Numbered from the stretch's first letter, positions 28,010-37,658 are shown. The stretch is DNA of 64,000 nt from Allosphingosinicella sp. (GCA_035628835.1 DASPJA010000022.1:8894-72893), one strand, 5' to 3'. Program-made: numbers and translations. The notes: generated from the letters alone by a model not told the origin.

Positions 28010-30270
28010 CCCTCGATCTTCGAGAAATCGGCGACCCGGTGAACCGCGTTTCGGATCCGGGCGAGGAGGATGAGGCGCGACTGGCGCGTCTCGGGATCGG
28101 GATCGTTCACCGTGACATGGTCGAAAAAGGCGTCGACCGGCCGGCGAAGGGTCGCGAGGGCGGCCATCGCGCCTTCGAAATTCTCGGCTTCGAGTGCGGC
28201 CGCCGCCCTGGGCTCGGCGGCGTCGAGCGCGGCGTCGAGCGCCTCCTCCTCCGCGAGCGGCGTCCGTCCGGGACTGTAGGCGAAAAAGCTGCTCCGGTGA
28301 CCTCCCGTCCAGCCTTCCTTCCTGAGGATGTTGGCGGCGCGCTTGTAGCCGGTGAGCAGGTCCGAGCCTTCGGGAGTCTCGATGAAGGCCTGAAGCGCCT
28401 TCACCCGGGCGAGCAGCCGGACGAGATCGTCCTCGTGGCCGAGCGCGAACACGGCGTCGATGAGGTCGTGGCGTACCCCCGCCTCGCGTTGCTGGACCTT
28501 GAGCCGGTCGGCGAAGAAGTCGAGCACCGCCTCCTTGAGGCCGTTCGCCTCATCGATGATCGCCCCTCGCTCGATCCGCGGGGTCAGCGCCGAGTCCCAG
28601 CGGACGACGACCCGCTCGCCGTGGCGATAGGTGAAGGAGCCGACCTCGGCGGTGATCTCATGCTCGTCGTCGTCGTCCTCGAGCAGGTCCGGGAAGGTGA
28701 CGGTGGAGAGTGCTCCCAAGCGCGAGACGATGAGCAGCACCGCCGCCTGGACGAGCACGTCGGCAAGCGGGATTCTGAGGCCGTTGCGGGTGAGGATCTG
28801 GAGGAAGCTCAAGGCGGCGCGGCGAAGCGCGAACGGGTCGCGCGATCCGGTCGGCTTCTCGCCGATCGAGAAGAAGGAGACCAGGGTGTCGAGCCGGTCG
28901 GCGATGTTGACGGCGACGGTGACCGGATCGGCCGGAACCTCGTCGCCCTGCCCGCCCGGCTTATAATGATCGCGGATGGCGTTGACGACCGCGTCCGGCC
29001 AGCCCTCGGCGCGGGCGAGATAGGCGCCGAGCGTCCCCTGAAGCTCCGGAAACTCGCCGACGCTCTGGGTGACCAGATCGGCCTTGGCGAGGCGGGCGGC
29101 GGTTTTCACCTGGGCGGCGAACTCTCCCCTCCCCGCAAGGGAGGGGCCGGGGATCATCCGTTCCTTGACCAGCCATTCGGCGAGCTTCGCGACCCGGAGA
29201 ACCTTGTCCGCGACGGTGCCCAGCTTCTCGTGGAAGACGATCTCGCCGAGCTTCTTCGACTGCTCCTCGAGCGGTATCTTGAGGTCCTGCTCCCAGAAGA
29301 ACTTCGCGTCGGAGAGGCGGGCGGAGAGGACTCGTTCGTTGCCGGCGACGATCGAGGCGCCGCCGTCGACGGCCTCGATATTGGCCGTGCAGACGAAATT
29401 GGGGGCGAGATTCCCCTCCCCGTCCGTGACCGCGAAATATTTCTGGTTGGTGCGCATGGTGAGCTGGATCACCTCGCGCGGCACCTCGAGGAAGGCGGGG
29501 TCGAAGCTTCCGAGCAGGGGCACCGGCCATTCGGTCAGGCCGGCATTTTCGGCGAGCAGGCCCTCGTCCTCGACCAAAACGAGGCCGGCCGCGGAAGCGG
29601 CGGCGTGGGCGCCTTCGGCGACGATTCGGCGGCGTTCGGCCGGGTCGACGACGACGTGGCAGGCCTGCAGCTTCTCCCTGTAGTCGTTGGCGCCGCCGAT
29701 GGTGATCGGCCCGGAATGATGAAAGCGGTGGCCCAGGGTGGCGGCGCCGCTCCTGACGCCCGCGATCTCGAAATCGACGATCTCCTCGCCGAGCAGGGCG
29801 ACGATCCCCTGCAGCGGGCGGACCCAGCGCGCGCTCTCGGTCGAGGCGGAGGCGGCGCCCCAGCGCATCGACTTGGGCCAGGGGAAGGTCCGGACGATGG
29901 CCGGGACCGCTTCGGCCAGGACCGCCGAGGTCGAGCGGCCGGGCTTGTCGACGACGGCGAAATAGACTCCGTCGCGCTCCTCGAGCTGGTCGCGGGTGAG
30001 GCCGGTCTTGCGAAGAAAGCCTTCGAGCGCCTGCTGCGGAGCCGAGGCGCGCGGCCCCTTGGTCTCCTCGCGAACCGCTTCCGTCGCCTCGGGCAGCCCG
30101 CGGGCGATGAGGACGAGGCGTCGCGGCGTCGCGTAGGTCTCGACCGCCTCCGCCGCGAGCCCGGCTCCTGAGAGCTGTTCCGAGAAAAGGCGCGCGAGAT
30201 CCTGCTGCGCCTTGCCCTGCATCCGGGCGGGAATCTCTTCGGAGAGAAGCTCGAGGAGGAAATCAGGCAT
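28006..30270 (-). CDS. glyS: Glycine--tRNA ligase beta subunit
   Basis: [38 protein letters not shown]. Confidence 0.95.
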   Translation of the reverse strand: MPDFLLELLSEEIPARMQGKAQQDLARLFSEQLSGAGLAAEAVETYATPRRLVLIARGLPEATEAVREETKGPRASAPQQALEGFLRKTGLTRDQLEERDGVYFAVVDKPGRSTSAVLAEAVPAIVRTFPWPKSMRWGAASASTESARWVRPLQGIVALLGEEIVDFEIAGVRSGAATLGHRFHHSGPITIGGANDYREKLQACHVVVDPAERRRIVAEGAHAAASAAGLVLVEDEGLLAENAGLTEWPVPLLGSFDPAFLEVPREVIQLTMRTNQKYFAVTDGEGNLAPNFVCTANIEAVDGGASIVAGNERVLSARLSDAKFFWEQDLKIPLEEQSKKLGEIVFHEKLGTVADKVLRVAKLAEWLVKERMIPGPSLAGRGEFAAQVKTAARLAKADLVTQSVGEFPELQGTLGAYLARAEGWPDAVVNAIRDHYKPGGQGDEVPADPVTVAVNIADRLDTLVSFFSIGEKPTGSRDPFALRRAALSFLQILTRNGLRIPLADVLVQAAVLLIVSRLGALSTVTFPDLLEDDDDEHEITAEVGSFTYRHGERVVVRWDSALTPRIERGAIIDEANGLKEAVLDFFADRLKVQQREAGVRHDLIDAVFALGHEDDLVRLLARVKALQAFIETPEGSDLLTGYKRAANILRKEGWTGGHRSSFFAYSPGRTPLAEEEALDAALDAAEPRAAAALEAENFEGAMAALATLRRPVDAFFDHVTVNDPDPETRQSRLILLARIRNAVHRVADFSKIEG
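29124..29152. repeat. Single family A arm inserted in frame in glyS
   Basis: ctcccctccccgcaagggaggggccgggg; encodes PGPSLAGRGE. Confidence 0.75.
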
Positions 30271-30412
30271 GTTCCCCTCCCTGGAAGGGAGGGGTCAGGG
30301 GTGGGTAGGCGAGCGTAGCGAGACTTTTACTGACTCGGAGTTTCGGCCGCCTTCGGCGGACCCACCCCCAGCCCCTCCCTTCTAGGGAGGGGAGCATGCG
30401 AGAGACGCTCAT
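30263..30412 (-). CDS. Putative 49-aa bridge mini-ORF spanning a family A repeat
   Basis: ATG overlaps glyQ TGA; stop overlaps glyS start (ATGCCTGA). Confidence 0.4.
   Translation of the reverse strand: MSVSRMLPSLEGRGWGWVRRRRPKLRVSKSLATLAYPPLTPPFQGGEHA
30272..30394. repeat. Family A palindromic element, full copy
   Basis: tcccctccctggaagggagggg...cccctcccttctagggaggggag. Confidence 0.9.
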
Positions 30413-31275
30413 CCTTCCCACCCGTTCTTCTCCATCCAGGACTGGCAGGCGCCCTTCGCCAGATCTCTCACCCGGCCGATATAGGCCTGGCGCTCGGCGA
30501 CGGAGATGACGCCCCTCGCCTGCAGGGTGTTGAAGATGTGGCTGGCCTTGATCGCCTGCTCGTAGGCGGGGATCGGCAGAGCGCGTTCGAGGCAGCGCTC
30601 GCACTCGAGCGCCGCCTTGCGGAACTGGTCGAACAGCATCCCGGTGTCGGCGACCTCGAAATTGTACGCGCTCATCTGGCGCTCGTTTTCGAGGAAGACG
30701 TGGCCGTAGGTCACTCCCCGGTCGTTATACTCGAGGTCGAAGATATTGTCCTTGTCCTGGACGTACATGGCGAGCCGCTCGAGCCCGTAGGTGAGCTCGC
30801 CCGAGACCGGGCGGCAGTCGAAACCGCCCATCTGCTGGAAATAGGTAAACTGCGTCACCTCCATTCCGTCGCACCAGACTTCCCAGCCCAGGCCCCAGGC
30901 GCCGAGCGTCGGGCTTTCCCAATCGTCCTCGACGAAGCGGATGTCATGCCGGGTGAAATCGATGCCGATCGCGGCGAGCGAGCCGAGATAGAGGGCCTGC
31001 AGGTCCGCCGGGCTCGGCTTCAGGATGACCTGATATTGATAGTAATGGCCGAGCCGGTTGGGGTTCTCGCCATAACGGCCGTCGGTGGGGCGGCGGCAGG
31101 GCTGGACGAAGGCGGCGTTCCAAGGGTCGGGGCCGAGCGCCCGCAAGGTGGTGGCGGTGTGGAAGGTCCCCGCCCCCATCTCCATGTCGTAGGGCTGGAG
31201 GATGACGCAGCCCTGATTGCTCCAATAATCATGGAGGGTGAGGATCAGCGACTGGAAGCTGGGGGGCCGGTCCAC
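30409..31275 (-). CDS. glyQ: Glycine--tRNA ligase alpha subunit
   Basis: [28 protein letters not shown]. Confidence 0.97.
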   Translation of the reverse strand: MDRPPSFQSLILTLHDYWSNQGCVILQPYDMEMGAGTFHTATTLRALGPDPWNAAFVQPCRRPTDGRYGENPNRLGHYYQYQVILKPSPADLQALYLGSLAAIGIDFTRHDIRFVEDDWESPTLGAWGLGWEVWCDGMEVTQFTYFQQMGGFDCRPVSGELTYGLERLAMYVQDKDNIFDLEYNDRGVTYGHVFLENERQMSAYNFEVADTGMLFDQFRKAALECERCLERALPIPAYEQAIKASHIFNTLQARGVISVAERQAYIGRVRDLAKGACQSWMEKNGWEG

Positions 31276-31416
31276 TTGGGCTTCGCACCTGCAACAAAAG
31301 GGTGGCGACGCTCTGGCGCAGGAGGCCTGGAGGGTCAAGCGGAGCGGCGCGATTGACCGGCCGAGGCAAAAGCCGCACAAGCCGGTGACACGGTTTATTT
31401 GCCGGGCGGGCGTGAC

Positions 31417-32376
31417 ATGGGCTTAAAATCGCTGAGTTTTTCGAGATGCCTGTGGCTTGTGCCGCTGGCCGCTCTGGCGGCGGCGCCCGCGGCCGCGGCG
31501 CCGATCGGCAAGGACAGCTCGAACAAGCAGGCGCCCGCGCCGGCCCCGCAGGCCGAGCCGAGGCCGGCTTTGTGGCTGCTCGCCGACGAGGACACCAGGA
31601 TCTACATGTTCGGCACCATCCACGTGCTTCCGCCCGGCTTCCGCTGGCGCTCGAAGGCGCTCGACAAGGCGGTGGGCGAGTCGGCGGAGCTGGTCGTCGA
31701 GACTTACGAGGCGCCGGGATCGGAAAGCGACGAGGAGGTCGCGGACGGCTTCTTCGCGGACAAGGCGGTGCCGATCCTGCAGCGTGTGCCCAGGAAGAAG
31801 CGCAAGGCCCTCAGGACGGCGATCGAGGCCTCGGGCGTGCCTCTGCCCGTCTTCGACCGGATGCACAGCTGGGCGGCGGCGATGACTCTGGGAATCTCTC
31901 AGATGCTGTCCGAATATGGAGTCGAGGATCCCGGCGAGGCACCCGGGGTGGAGGACGTGCTCGAGGAGACGTTCCGAGGCGCCGGCAAGCCGATCCTCAG
32001 CGTCGAGGACGGCGATGCGGTGCTCGCCTCGATGAGCGGACTGCCCGAGAAGGTCCAGACGGAGCTCCTGCTCGGGGCGATCGAGCCGGTGACGCCGGGC
32101 GCCGGGGACGACATCTCGACGCTCGGAGTCGGCGAGGCCGAATGGGTGGCGGGCCGGTCCGAGGCACTCGACCTGGAGAATGAGCCGGGCTTCCCGCCCG
32201 CCCTGTTCGACGTTCTGGTGCGCCGCCGCAACGCCGCCTGGACCTTGTGGCTGGAGGAGCGGCTGAAGAAACCGGGAACGTTGCTGTTCGCGGTCGGCGC
32301 CGGCCATCTCGCCGGGCGCGAGTCGGTGCAGGCGATGCTCGCCAGGCGCGGCCTCCGGGTGAAGCGAATCGACTGA
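31417..32376 (+). CDS. TraB/GumN family protein
   Basis: Signal peptide; YMFGTIH, RRNAAW, AVGAGHL. Confidence 0.85.
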   Translation: MGLKSLSFSRCLWLVPLAALAAAPAAAAPIGKDSSNKQAPAPAPQAEPRPALWLLADEDTRIYMFGTIHVLPPGFRWRSKALDKAVGESAELVVETYEAPGSESDEEVADGFFADKAVPILQRVPRKKRKALRTAIEASGVPLPVFDRMHSWAAAMTLGISQMLSEYGVEDPGEAPGVEDVLEETFRGAGKPILSVEDGDAVLASMSGLPEKVQTELLLGAIEPVTPGAGDDISTLGVGEAEWVAGRSEALDLENEPGFPPALFDVLVRRRNAAWTLWLEERLKKPGTLLFAVGAGHLAGRESVQAMLARRGLRVKRID

Positions 32377-32400
32377 CGGGCGCGGCGCGCCCCGCCTTGT

Positions 32401-32423
32401 AAATCGGTGCCAGGCACCGATTT
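32401..32423. repeat. Family F 23-bp palindrome
   Basis: aaatcggtgcc-a-ggcaccgattt. Confidence 0.85.
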
Positions 32424-32461
32424 CGGGCTGGCACCCAATGTTTCGGCGAGGAAGGGCGACG

Positions 32462-33367
32462 ATGGCGTTCAGGTTTGGGAAGAACTGGCTTCGACTGGGG
32501 CTGGCGGGGCTGCTGCCGCTCGCCGGCTGCATGGCGGAGGCCGCTCCGGCGGCCCGGGCCGCGGCGCGGCCGGCGATGTGGAAGCTCGCCGACAAGGACA
32601 CCACCGTCTATCTGTTCGGCACCATCCACCTGCTCCCCGAGGGCCGGACCTGGCGCACCCCGGCGATGGAGGCGGCGCTCGCCGGCTCGCAGGAGCTGGT
32701 GCTCGAAGTGGCCAATGTCGACGACATGATGGCCAGCGCCCAGGCGATGGCCAGGATGGGCCTGGCGTCCGGCCTGCCGCCGATCGCCGAGCGGGTGCCG
32801 GAGTCGAAACGCGCCGCGCTCAGGGCGATGATCGCCGAGACCGGCTATCCCGAGGCGGTGTTCGACCGGCTCGAGACGTGGGCGGCGGCGCTGTCCCTGC
32901 TCGGAGTCTCGTTCAAGCGGCTCGGGCTCGATCCGTCGCTCGGCGTCGAAAGGCAGATCGACAAGCCGTTCCGGGCCGCCGGCAAGACGGTGACCGGGCT
33001 GGAGACGGTCGAGCAGCAGCTGGGCTATTTCGATACCCTTCCGGAAGCCGCTCAGCGGGCCCTGCTCCTCTCCGTCGTCGAGGACAGCGCGGACACCCGG
33101 GCGCAGTTCCAGGCGATGCTCGAGGCCTGGTCGAAGGGCGACCTCGACGGCATCGCCCGCACCTTCGACGACGAGACCCAGATGTCGCCCGAATTGAAGG
33201 CGGTGCTGATGAGCAAGCGCAACGCCGCCTGGGCGGACTGGCTGGCCCGGCGGATGGAGAAGCCGGGCACGGTCTTCGTCGCCGTCGGCGCGGGGCATCT
33301 GGCCGGTGCGGATTCGGTTCAGGCGATGCTGAAGAAGAAGGGCCTGAAGGCGAAAAGGGTGCAGTGA
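32462..33367 (+). CDS. TraB/GumN family protein (possible lipoprotein)
   Basis: LAGC; YLFGTIHLL, KRNAAW, AVGAGHL. Confidence 0.88.
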   Translation: MAFRFGKNWLRLGLAGLLPLAGCMAEAAPAARAAARPAMWKLADKDTTVYLFGTIHLLPEGRTWRTPAMEAALAGSQELVLEVANVDDMMASAQAMARMGLASGLPPIAERVPESKRAALRAMIAETGYPEAVFDRLETWAAALSLLGVSFKRLGLDPSLGVERQIDKPFRAAGKTVTGLETVEQQLGYFDTLPEAAQRALLLSVVEDSADTRAQFQAMLEAWSKGDLDGIARTFDDETQMSPELKAVLMSKRNAAWADWLARRMEKPGTVFVAVGAGHLAGADSVQAMLKKKGLKAKRVQ

Positions 33368-33370
33368 GTG

Positions 33371-33467
33371 CGTCATCCCGGACCTGATCCGGGATCCATG
33401 AACGCGGACGTCCGCGCATCCTCGCGGGAATCCGTGTTCATGGATTCGGGCCTTCGCCCGAATGACG
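33371..33467. repeat. Family B CGTC-tagged REP-like element
   Basis: cgtcatcccggacctgatccgggatccatgaac...gttcatggattcgggccttcgcccgaatgacg. Confidence 0.88.
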
Positions 33468-33479
33468 AAGTGGCAAAAC

Positions 33480-33587
33480 TTGCCTTCCCGCCCCCCCTCG
33501 GCTAGAGGCGCCGCTTCCCCGTTCATGGTCATCCCTGGAGGCGTGAGCGCGGGTTTTTACATCAATCCAAGTTTTGGAGACATGCAC
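33480..33587 (+). promoter_or_regulatory. rplY promoter and structured leader
   Basis: TTGCCT-17-TAGAGG; leader hairpin around CCCTGGAGG. Confidence 0.45.
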
Positions 33588-34265
33588 ATGAGCGAACAGC
33601 TTACGCTGTCGGCCGAGACGCGCGAGCGGGCAGGCAAGGGAGCCTCCCGCGCAATGCGTCGCGAAGGCCGAGTCCCCGCCGTCGTCTACGGCAACAAGGA
33701 AGAGCCCCTCGCCGTCCACGTCGAGGAAAAGGCGCTGATGAAGATGCTGAACACCGGCCACTTCATGAACTCGGTCGTGATGATCGAGGTCGCCGGCGGA
33801 ACCACCGCCCGGACCCTTCCGAAGGACGTCCAGTTCCACCCGGTCACCGACCGGCCGCTGCATGTCGATTTCCTGCGCATCTCCGAGCATTCGAAGGTGC
33901 ACGTCAACGTCCCGATCAGGTTCACCGACGAGGAGCGCTCGCGCGGCCTCAAGCGCGGCGGCGTTCTCAATGCGGTCCGCCACGAGCTCGAGCTGGTCTG
34001 CGACGCGGCCGAGATTCCGGACGAGATCGAGATCAGCCTCGCCGGCCTCGACATCGGCGATTCGCTGCACATCTCGGCCGTGACCCTGCCCAAGGGCGTC
34101 GAGAGCGCGATCACCGACCGCGACTTCACCATCGCCACCATCGTTCCGCCCTCGGGCCTCAAGATGGACGCCGAGGACGCCCAGGCGGCCGAGGGCGAGC
34201 CCGCTTCGGCCGAAGTGCCGCTGGTCGGCGAGGACGAGGCCGAAGGCGAGGCCGAAGAAGGCTGA
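33588..34265 (+). CDS. rplY: 50S ribosomal protein L25/Ctc
   Basis: [31 protein letters not shown]. Confidence 0.95.
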   Translation: MSEQLTLSAETRERAGKGASRAMRREGRVPAVVYGNKEEPLAVHVEEKALMKMLNTGHFMNSVVMIEVAGGTTARTLPKDVQFHPVTDRPLHVDFLRISEHSKVHVNVPIRFTDEERSRGLKRGGVLNAVRHELELVCDAAEIPDEIEISLAGLDIGDSLHISAVTLPKGVESAITDRDFTIATIVPPSGLKMDAEDAQAAEGEPASAEVPLVGEDEAEGEAEEG

Positions 34266-34942
34266 TGGCCATCCTGGGCTGGCTCGGCTCCCTGTTCGGC
34301 CCTCGGGCCGTCGAGGTGCCGGGCCAGCCCCGGGACGCTCCCGCCGCTTCGGACTGGGGGGATTTCGAACCCGTGCAGATCTGGGTCGGCCTCGGCAATC
34401 CCGGCGCGAGCTACGCCATGCACCGGCACAATGTCGGCTTCATGGCGGCGGACGCGATCGCGGCCACTCACGGCTTCGAGCCGCCGAAGAAGAGCTTCCA
34501 CGGCTGGGCCCAGCAGGGCCGGATCGGCGGACAGCGCCTGCTGCTTCTGAAGCCGGCGACCTTCATGAACGACAGCGGCCGCGCCGTCAGGGCGGCAGTG
34601 GACTTCTTCAAGAAGGACGTGGGCGACGTCACGATCTTCCACGACGAGCTCGATCTCGCCCCGTTCAAGGTCAAGGTGAAGGTCGGCGGCGGCACGGCCG
34701 GGCATAACGGCCTCAGGTCCGCCGAAGCCCATATCGGCAACGCCTTCCGCCGGGTTCGGATCGGGATCGGCCATCCCGGCCACAAGGACAGGGTGACCGG
34801 CCATGTGCTGGGCAGTTACGCCAAGGCCGAGCAGGACAGGCTCGCCGACATGCTCGGCGCCATCGCCGCCGAGGCCGAGTGGCTGGCCAAGGGCGACGAC
34901 GCGCGCTTCATGAACGAGGTCGCGCTCCGGCTTCAGGACTGA
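34265..34942 (+). CDS. pth: Peptidyl-tRNA hydrolase (core starts at GTG 34373)
   Basis: VGLGNPG, RHNVGF, HDELD, GHNGLRS. Confidence 0.93.
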   Translation: MAILGWLGSLFGPRAVEVPGQPRDAPAASDWGDFEPVQIWVGLGNPGASYAMHRHNVGFMAADAIAATHGFEPPKKSFHGWAQQGRIGGQRLLLLKPATFMNDSGRAVRAAVDFFKKDVGDVTIFHDELDLAPFKVKVKVGGGTAGHNGLRSAEAHIGNAFRRVRIGIGHPGHKDRVTGHVLGSYAKAEQDRLADMLGAIAAEAEWLAKGDDARFMNEVALRLQD

Positions 34943-34967
34943 GCCCGTCTTAATGGGCCGCACCCCT

Positions 34968-35054
34968 TCGTCATTGCGAGGAGCGAAGCGACGCGGCACT
35001 CCAGCGCAGCCTCCGACGACGCGCTGGACTGCTTCGCTTCGCTCGCAATGACGA
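34968..35054. repeat. Family C CGTC-tagged REP-like element
   Basis: tcgtcattgcgaggagcgaagcg...tgcttcgcttcgctcgcaatgacga. Confidence 0.85.
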
Positions 35055-35086
35055 GTGTATAAGGTTTTTATGATCACGCCCTACCA

Positions 35087-35440
35087 ATGCGCCGGCTGAT
35101 CTATCTCGGCCTCGGATTCGCCTCGGTGGCCCTCGGCGCCGCGGGAATCGTGCTTCCGCTGCTGCCGACGGTGCCCTTCATGCTGCTCGCCGCCTTCTTC
35201 TTCGCGCGCAGCTCGCCGCGGCTGGAAGCCTGGATCGTCGAGCATCCCCGCTTCGGCCCGCACGTCCGGGCCTGGCGCGAGCGCGGGGCGATCAGCCCGA
35301 CCGGCAAGCGCGCGGCGCTCTTCGCCTTCACGTTCAGCGCCGTGCTCGGTCTTGTCCTCCTCCCCTTCCCATGGCTGCTCGCGCCGCTGGCCGCCGGGCT
35401 CGCCGGCGGCGGCTGGATCGCGACCCGGCCCGAAGCGTGA
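35087..35440 (+). CDS. YbaN/DUF454 family membrane protein
   Basis: LPLLPTVPFMLLAAFFFARSSPRL..W..HPRFG. Confidence 0.9.
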   Translation: MRRLIYLGLGFASVALGAAGIVLPLLPTVPFMLLAAFFFARSSPRLEAWIVEHPRFGPHVRAWRERGAISPTGKRAALFAFTFSAVLGLVLLPFPWLLAPLAAGLAGGGWIATRPEA

Positions 35441-35518
35441 CCCGACGCGGGGGCTGGCACAGGGCGGACCCGATCAGCTAATCGGCCCGGGTCGCTCGGC
35501 AAGCTGAGGGGATTTCGG

Positions 35519-36829
35519 TTGCACAGGCTGATCGCGCTGCTCGCTCTCGGATTCGCAGGCATTTCGCGGGAAGCCGCCGCCGCGGCGCCGGATCCCTGGG
35601 CCGGGCGCTGGGACGTCACCGCGGAGTTCCGCAACGGCAGCGCCGCCGGGGCCATGACGCTGGCGCGCAAGGGCGAAGCCGTCGAAGGCACGTCCGAGCC
35701 GCTCGACGAGGCTCAATTCTTTCCGCTCGAAGTGACGGGTCGGCCGCGGCCGAACGGCGCCGAGCTCGACCTCGCCTATCGCGGCCAGCCGGCCGGCCGG
35801 CTGAGCGTCAGCGTCCGGCAAGGCACGTTGACGGGCAGCGGAATCCTCTACGGAGTGCCGGTCAAGGTGCGCGGAGTCAGGCCAGGCGCGCCGGCTCGCG
35901 CGCCGGTCACCCACGATTTCGTGCCGACTTCCTATCATCTGCAATATTCCGGCCGAGCTCCGCCCGCGCTTCGGATCGCGCCGGGAGACCGGGTGAGGAC
36001 CCGGACGCTCGACAATGAGGGCCGGGATTCGGCGCGCATATGGCGGGGCATGCCCGGCAACAGCCTGACCGGCCCCTTCCATGTCGAAGGGGCGATGCCG
36101 GGGGACACGCTGGTCGTCCGTATCGATCGGATCGGCCTCAACCGCGACACCGCGCACATGTACAGCGGCGAGCTCGACCACAAGGCGGTTCAGGGCGGCT
36201 ACCGGCAGGAGCCGGTTGCCGGCTGGGGGCGAACCTGGATCCTCGATCGCCGGAAAGGGACCGCGCGGCTCGAAAAGCCGGGCGAGCGCCTCAAGGCCCT
36301 CGAGCTGCCGCTTCGCCCGATGATCGGCTCGATCGGAGTGGCGCCTCCGCTCAACCAGGCGATCTTCGCCGGCGACGTCGGCTTCCACGGCGGCAACATG
36401 GATTATCGCCGCCACGTCGCCGGAGCGACGATCTACTTCCCGGTGTGGCGGGCCGGCGCCCTCCTCTCGCTCGGCGACGGCCATGCCCTGCAAGGCGACG
36501 GCGAGATAAGCGGCCAGGGGCTGGAGACCTCGCTGGACGTCGAGTTCAGGGTGGAGCTGATCAAGGGAAAGAGCCTCGGCCAGGTCTGGTCGGAGGACAA
36601 GGACTATGTGATGGTCTCAGGCATCGACAACAGCCTCGACAGCTCGCTTCAGATGGCGACGACCGGCATGGCCCGCTGGCTGAAGGAGCGATACGGTCTC
36701 AACGATTCCGAAGTGGCCGCCCTGCTGAGCAGCGCGATCGAATATGACATAGCCGAGATCGTCGATCCGCGGCCGCACGTGGTGGCGAAGCTGGCCAAGA
36801 AGACTCTGCTGATGATCGCCAGGCCCTAG
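35519..36829 (+). CDS. Secreted acetamidase/formamidase family protein
   Basis: Signal peptide; LTGPFHVEGAMPGD, HGGNMD, GDGHALQGDGE. Confidence 0.85.
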   Translation: MHRLIALLALGFAGISREAAAAAPDPWAGRWDVTAEFRNGSAAGAMTLARKGEAVEGTSEPLDEAQFFPLEVTGRPRPNGAELDLAYRGQPAGRLSVSVRQGTLTGSGILYGVPVKVRGVRPGAPARAPVTHDFVPTSYHLQYSGRAPPALRIAPGDRVRTRTLDNEGRDSARIWRGMPGNSLTGPFHVEGAMPGDTLVVRIDRIGLNRDTAHMYSGELDHKAVQGGYRQEPVAGWGRTWILDRRKGTARLEKPGERLKALELPLRPMIGSIGVAPPLNQAIFAGDVGFHGGNMDYRRHVAGATIYFPVWRAGALLSLGDGHALQGDGEISGQGLETSLDVEFRVELIKGKSLGQVWSEDKDYVMVSGIDNSLDSSLQMATTGMARWLKERYGLNDSEVAALLSSAIEYDIAEIVDPRPHVVAKLAKKTLLMIARP

Positions 36830-37629
36830 CGCGGCTCGCTCTTGTCCGTCTTCTGAGCGGTGCCGGGCTCGGCCAGATGGCGGTGCATTTCGGCCGAGAC
36901 GCCACCGCCGAGCACCTGCGCCGCAACGACCTGAAGCTTGTTGTGGAGGCCGTGGATGACGCTCCGCTCGCCCTTCTTCATCGCCTCCCAGCCGGTCTTG
37001 GCGACCTTGGCCGGATCGTCCTTGGCCATGGTGCCGACTCGCGTGTCCTTGAGATCGGCGCGCTCGAAGAAACGGGTGTCGGTGGCTCCGGGCTTGAGGC
37101 AGGTGACCGTCACCTCACTGCCCTTGAGCTCGTTGGCGAGGGCATCGGCGAAAGAGTCGATGAAGGCCTTGGAGCCGTTGTAGACGGCCTGGAAGGCCCC
37201 CGCCATGTGCCCGGCGATCGAGCCGGTGATGAGGATCCGCCCCGCGTTCCTCGCGACCATCGCCCTCGCCACCCGCTGGACGAGGTAGACCGTGCCGGTG
37301 ACGTTGGTGTCGATGACGTGCCGCCACTCCGCCGGATCCTGCTCGAGGAAGGCTCGGCCGAGGCCGTGGCCGGCATTGGCGACGAGAATGTCGACGTCGC
37401 GGCCGCCGGCGGCATCGAGCAGCCGGTCCACGCCCGCGAAAGTGGAGAGGTCGGTCTCGACGTTGCGGACCTCGACTTCATGGTCCTCGAGCTCCCTCGA
37501 CGCATCCAGGAGCGGGGTGTCGGCGGCCACGACCAGATCGAAGCCCTCCCGGGCGGCGAGCTTCGCCAGCTCGAGGCCGATCCCGCTCGAGGCTCCGGTG
37601 ACGATAGCGAGCCTGCCTTTTCCTGCCAT
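36826..37629 (-). CDS. SDR family oxidoreductase
   Basis: TGASSGIG, ANAG, YNGSK. Confidence 0.9.
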   Translation of the reverse strand: MAGKGRLAIVTGASSGIGLELAKLAAREGFDLVVAADTPLLDASRELEDHEVEVRNVETDLSTFAGVDRLLDAAGGRDVDILVANAGHGLGRAFLEQDPAEWRHVIDTNVTGTVYLVQRVARAMVARNAGRILITGSIAGHMAGAFQAVYNGSKAFIDSFADALANELKGSEVTVTCLKPGATDTRFFERADLKDTRVGTMAKDDPAKVAKTGWEAMKKGERSVIHGLHNKLQVVAAQVLGGGVSAEMHRHLAEPGTAQKTDKSEPR

Positions 37630-37658
37630 GATGGGGTCTCCGTGAAGCTTTGCTCCTC

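Noticed and set aside
25311-30171. Long antisense and alternate-frame ORFs (e.g. 25311-27989, 25909-27978, 27853-30171)
   Set aside because: Shadows of ppdK and glyS, expected at high GC; no recognisable domains
31417-33367. TraB genes as conjugation functions
   Set aside because: TraB/GumN (TIKI-like) family in a housekeeping context; no transfer genes nearby
33364-33387. GTGA-coupled mini-ORF into the family B repeat as another bridge
   Set aside because: Stops after 7 codons, far from rplY, which has its own promoter
33462-33587. Extended rplY start from the ORF track (likewise pyrB 41684)
   Set aside because: The ATG comes from a repeat upstream of the probable promoter; the conserved protein starts later
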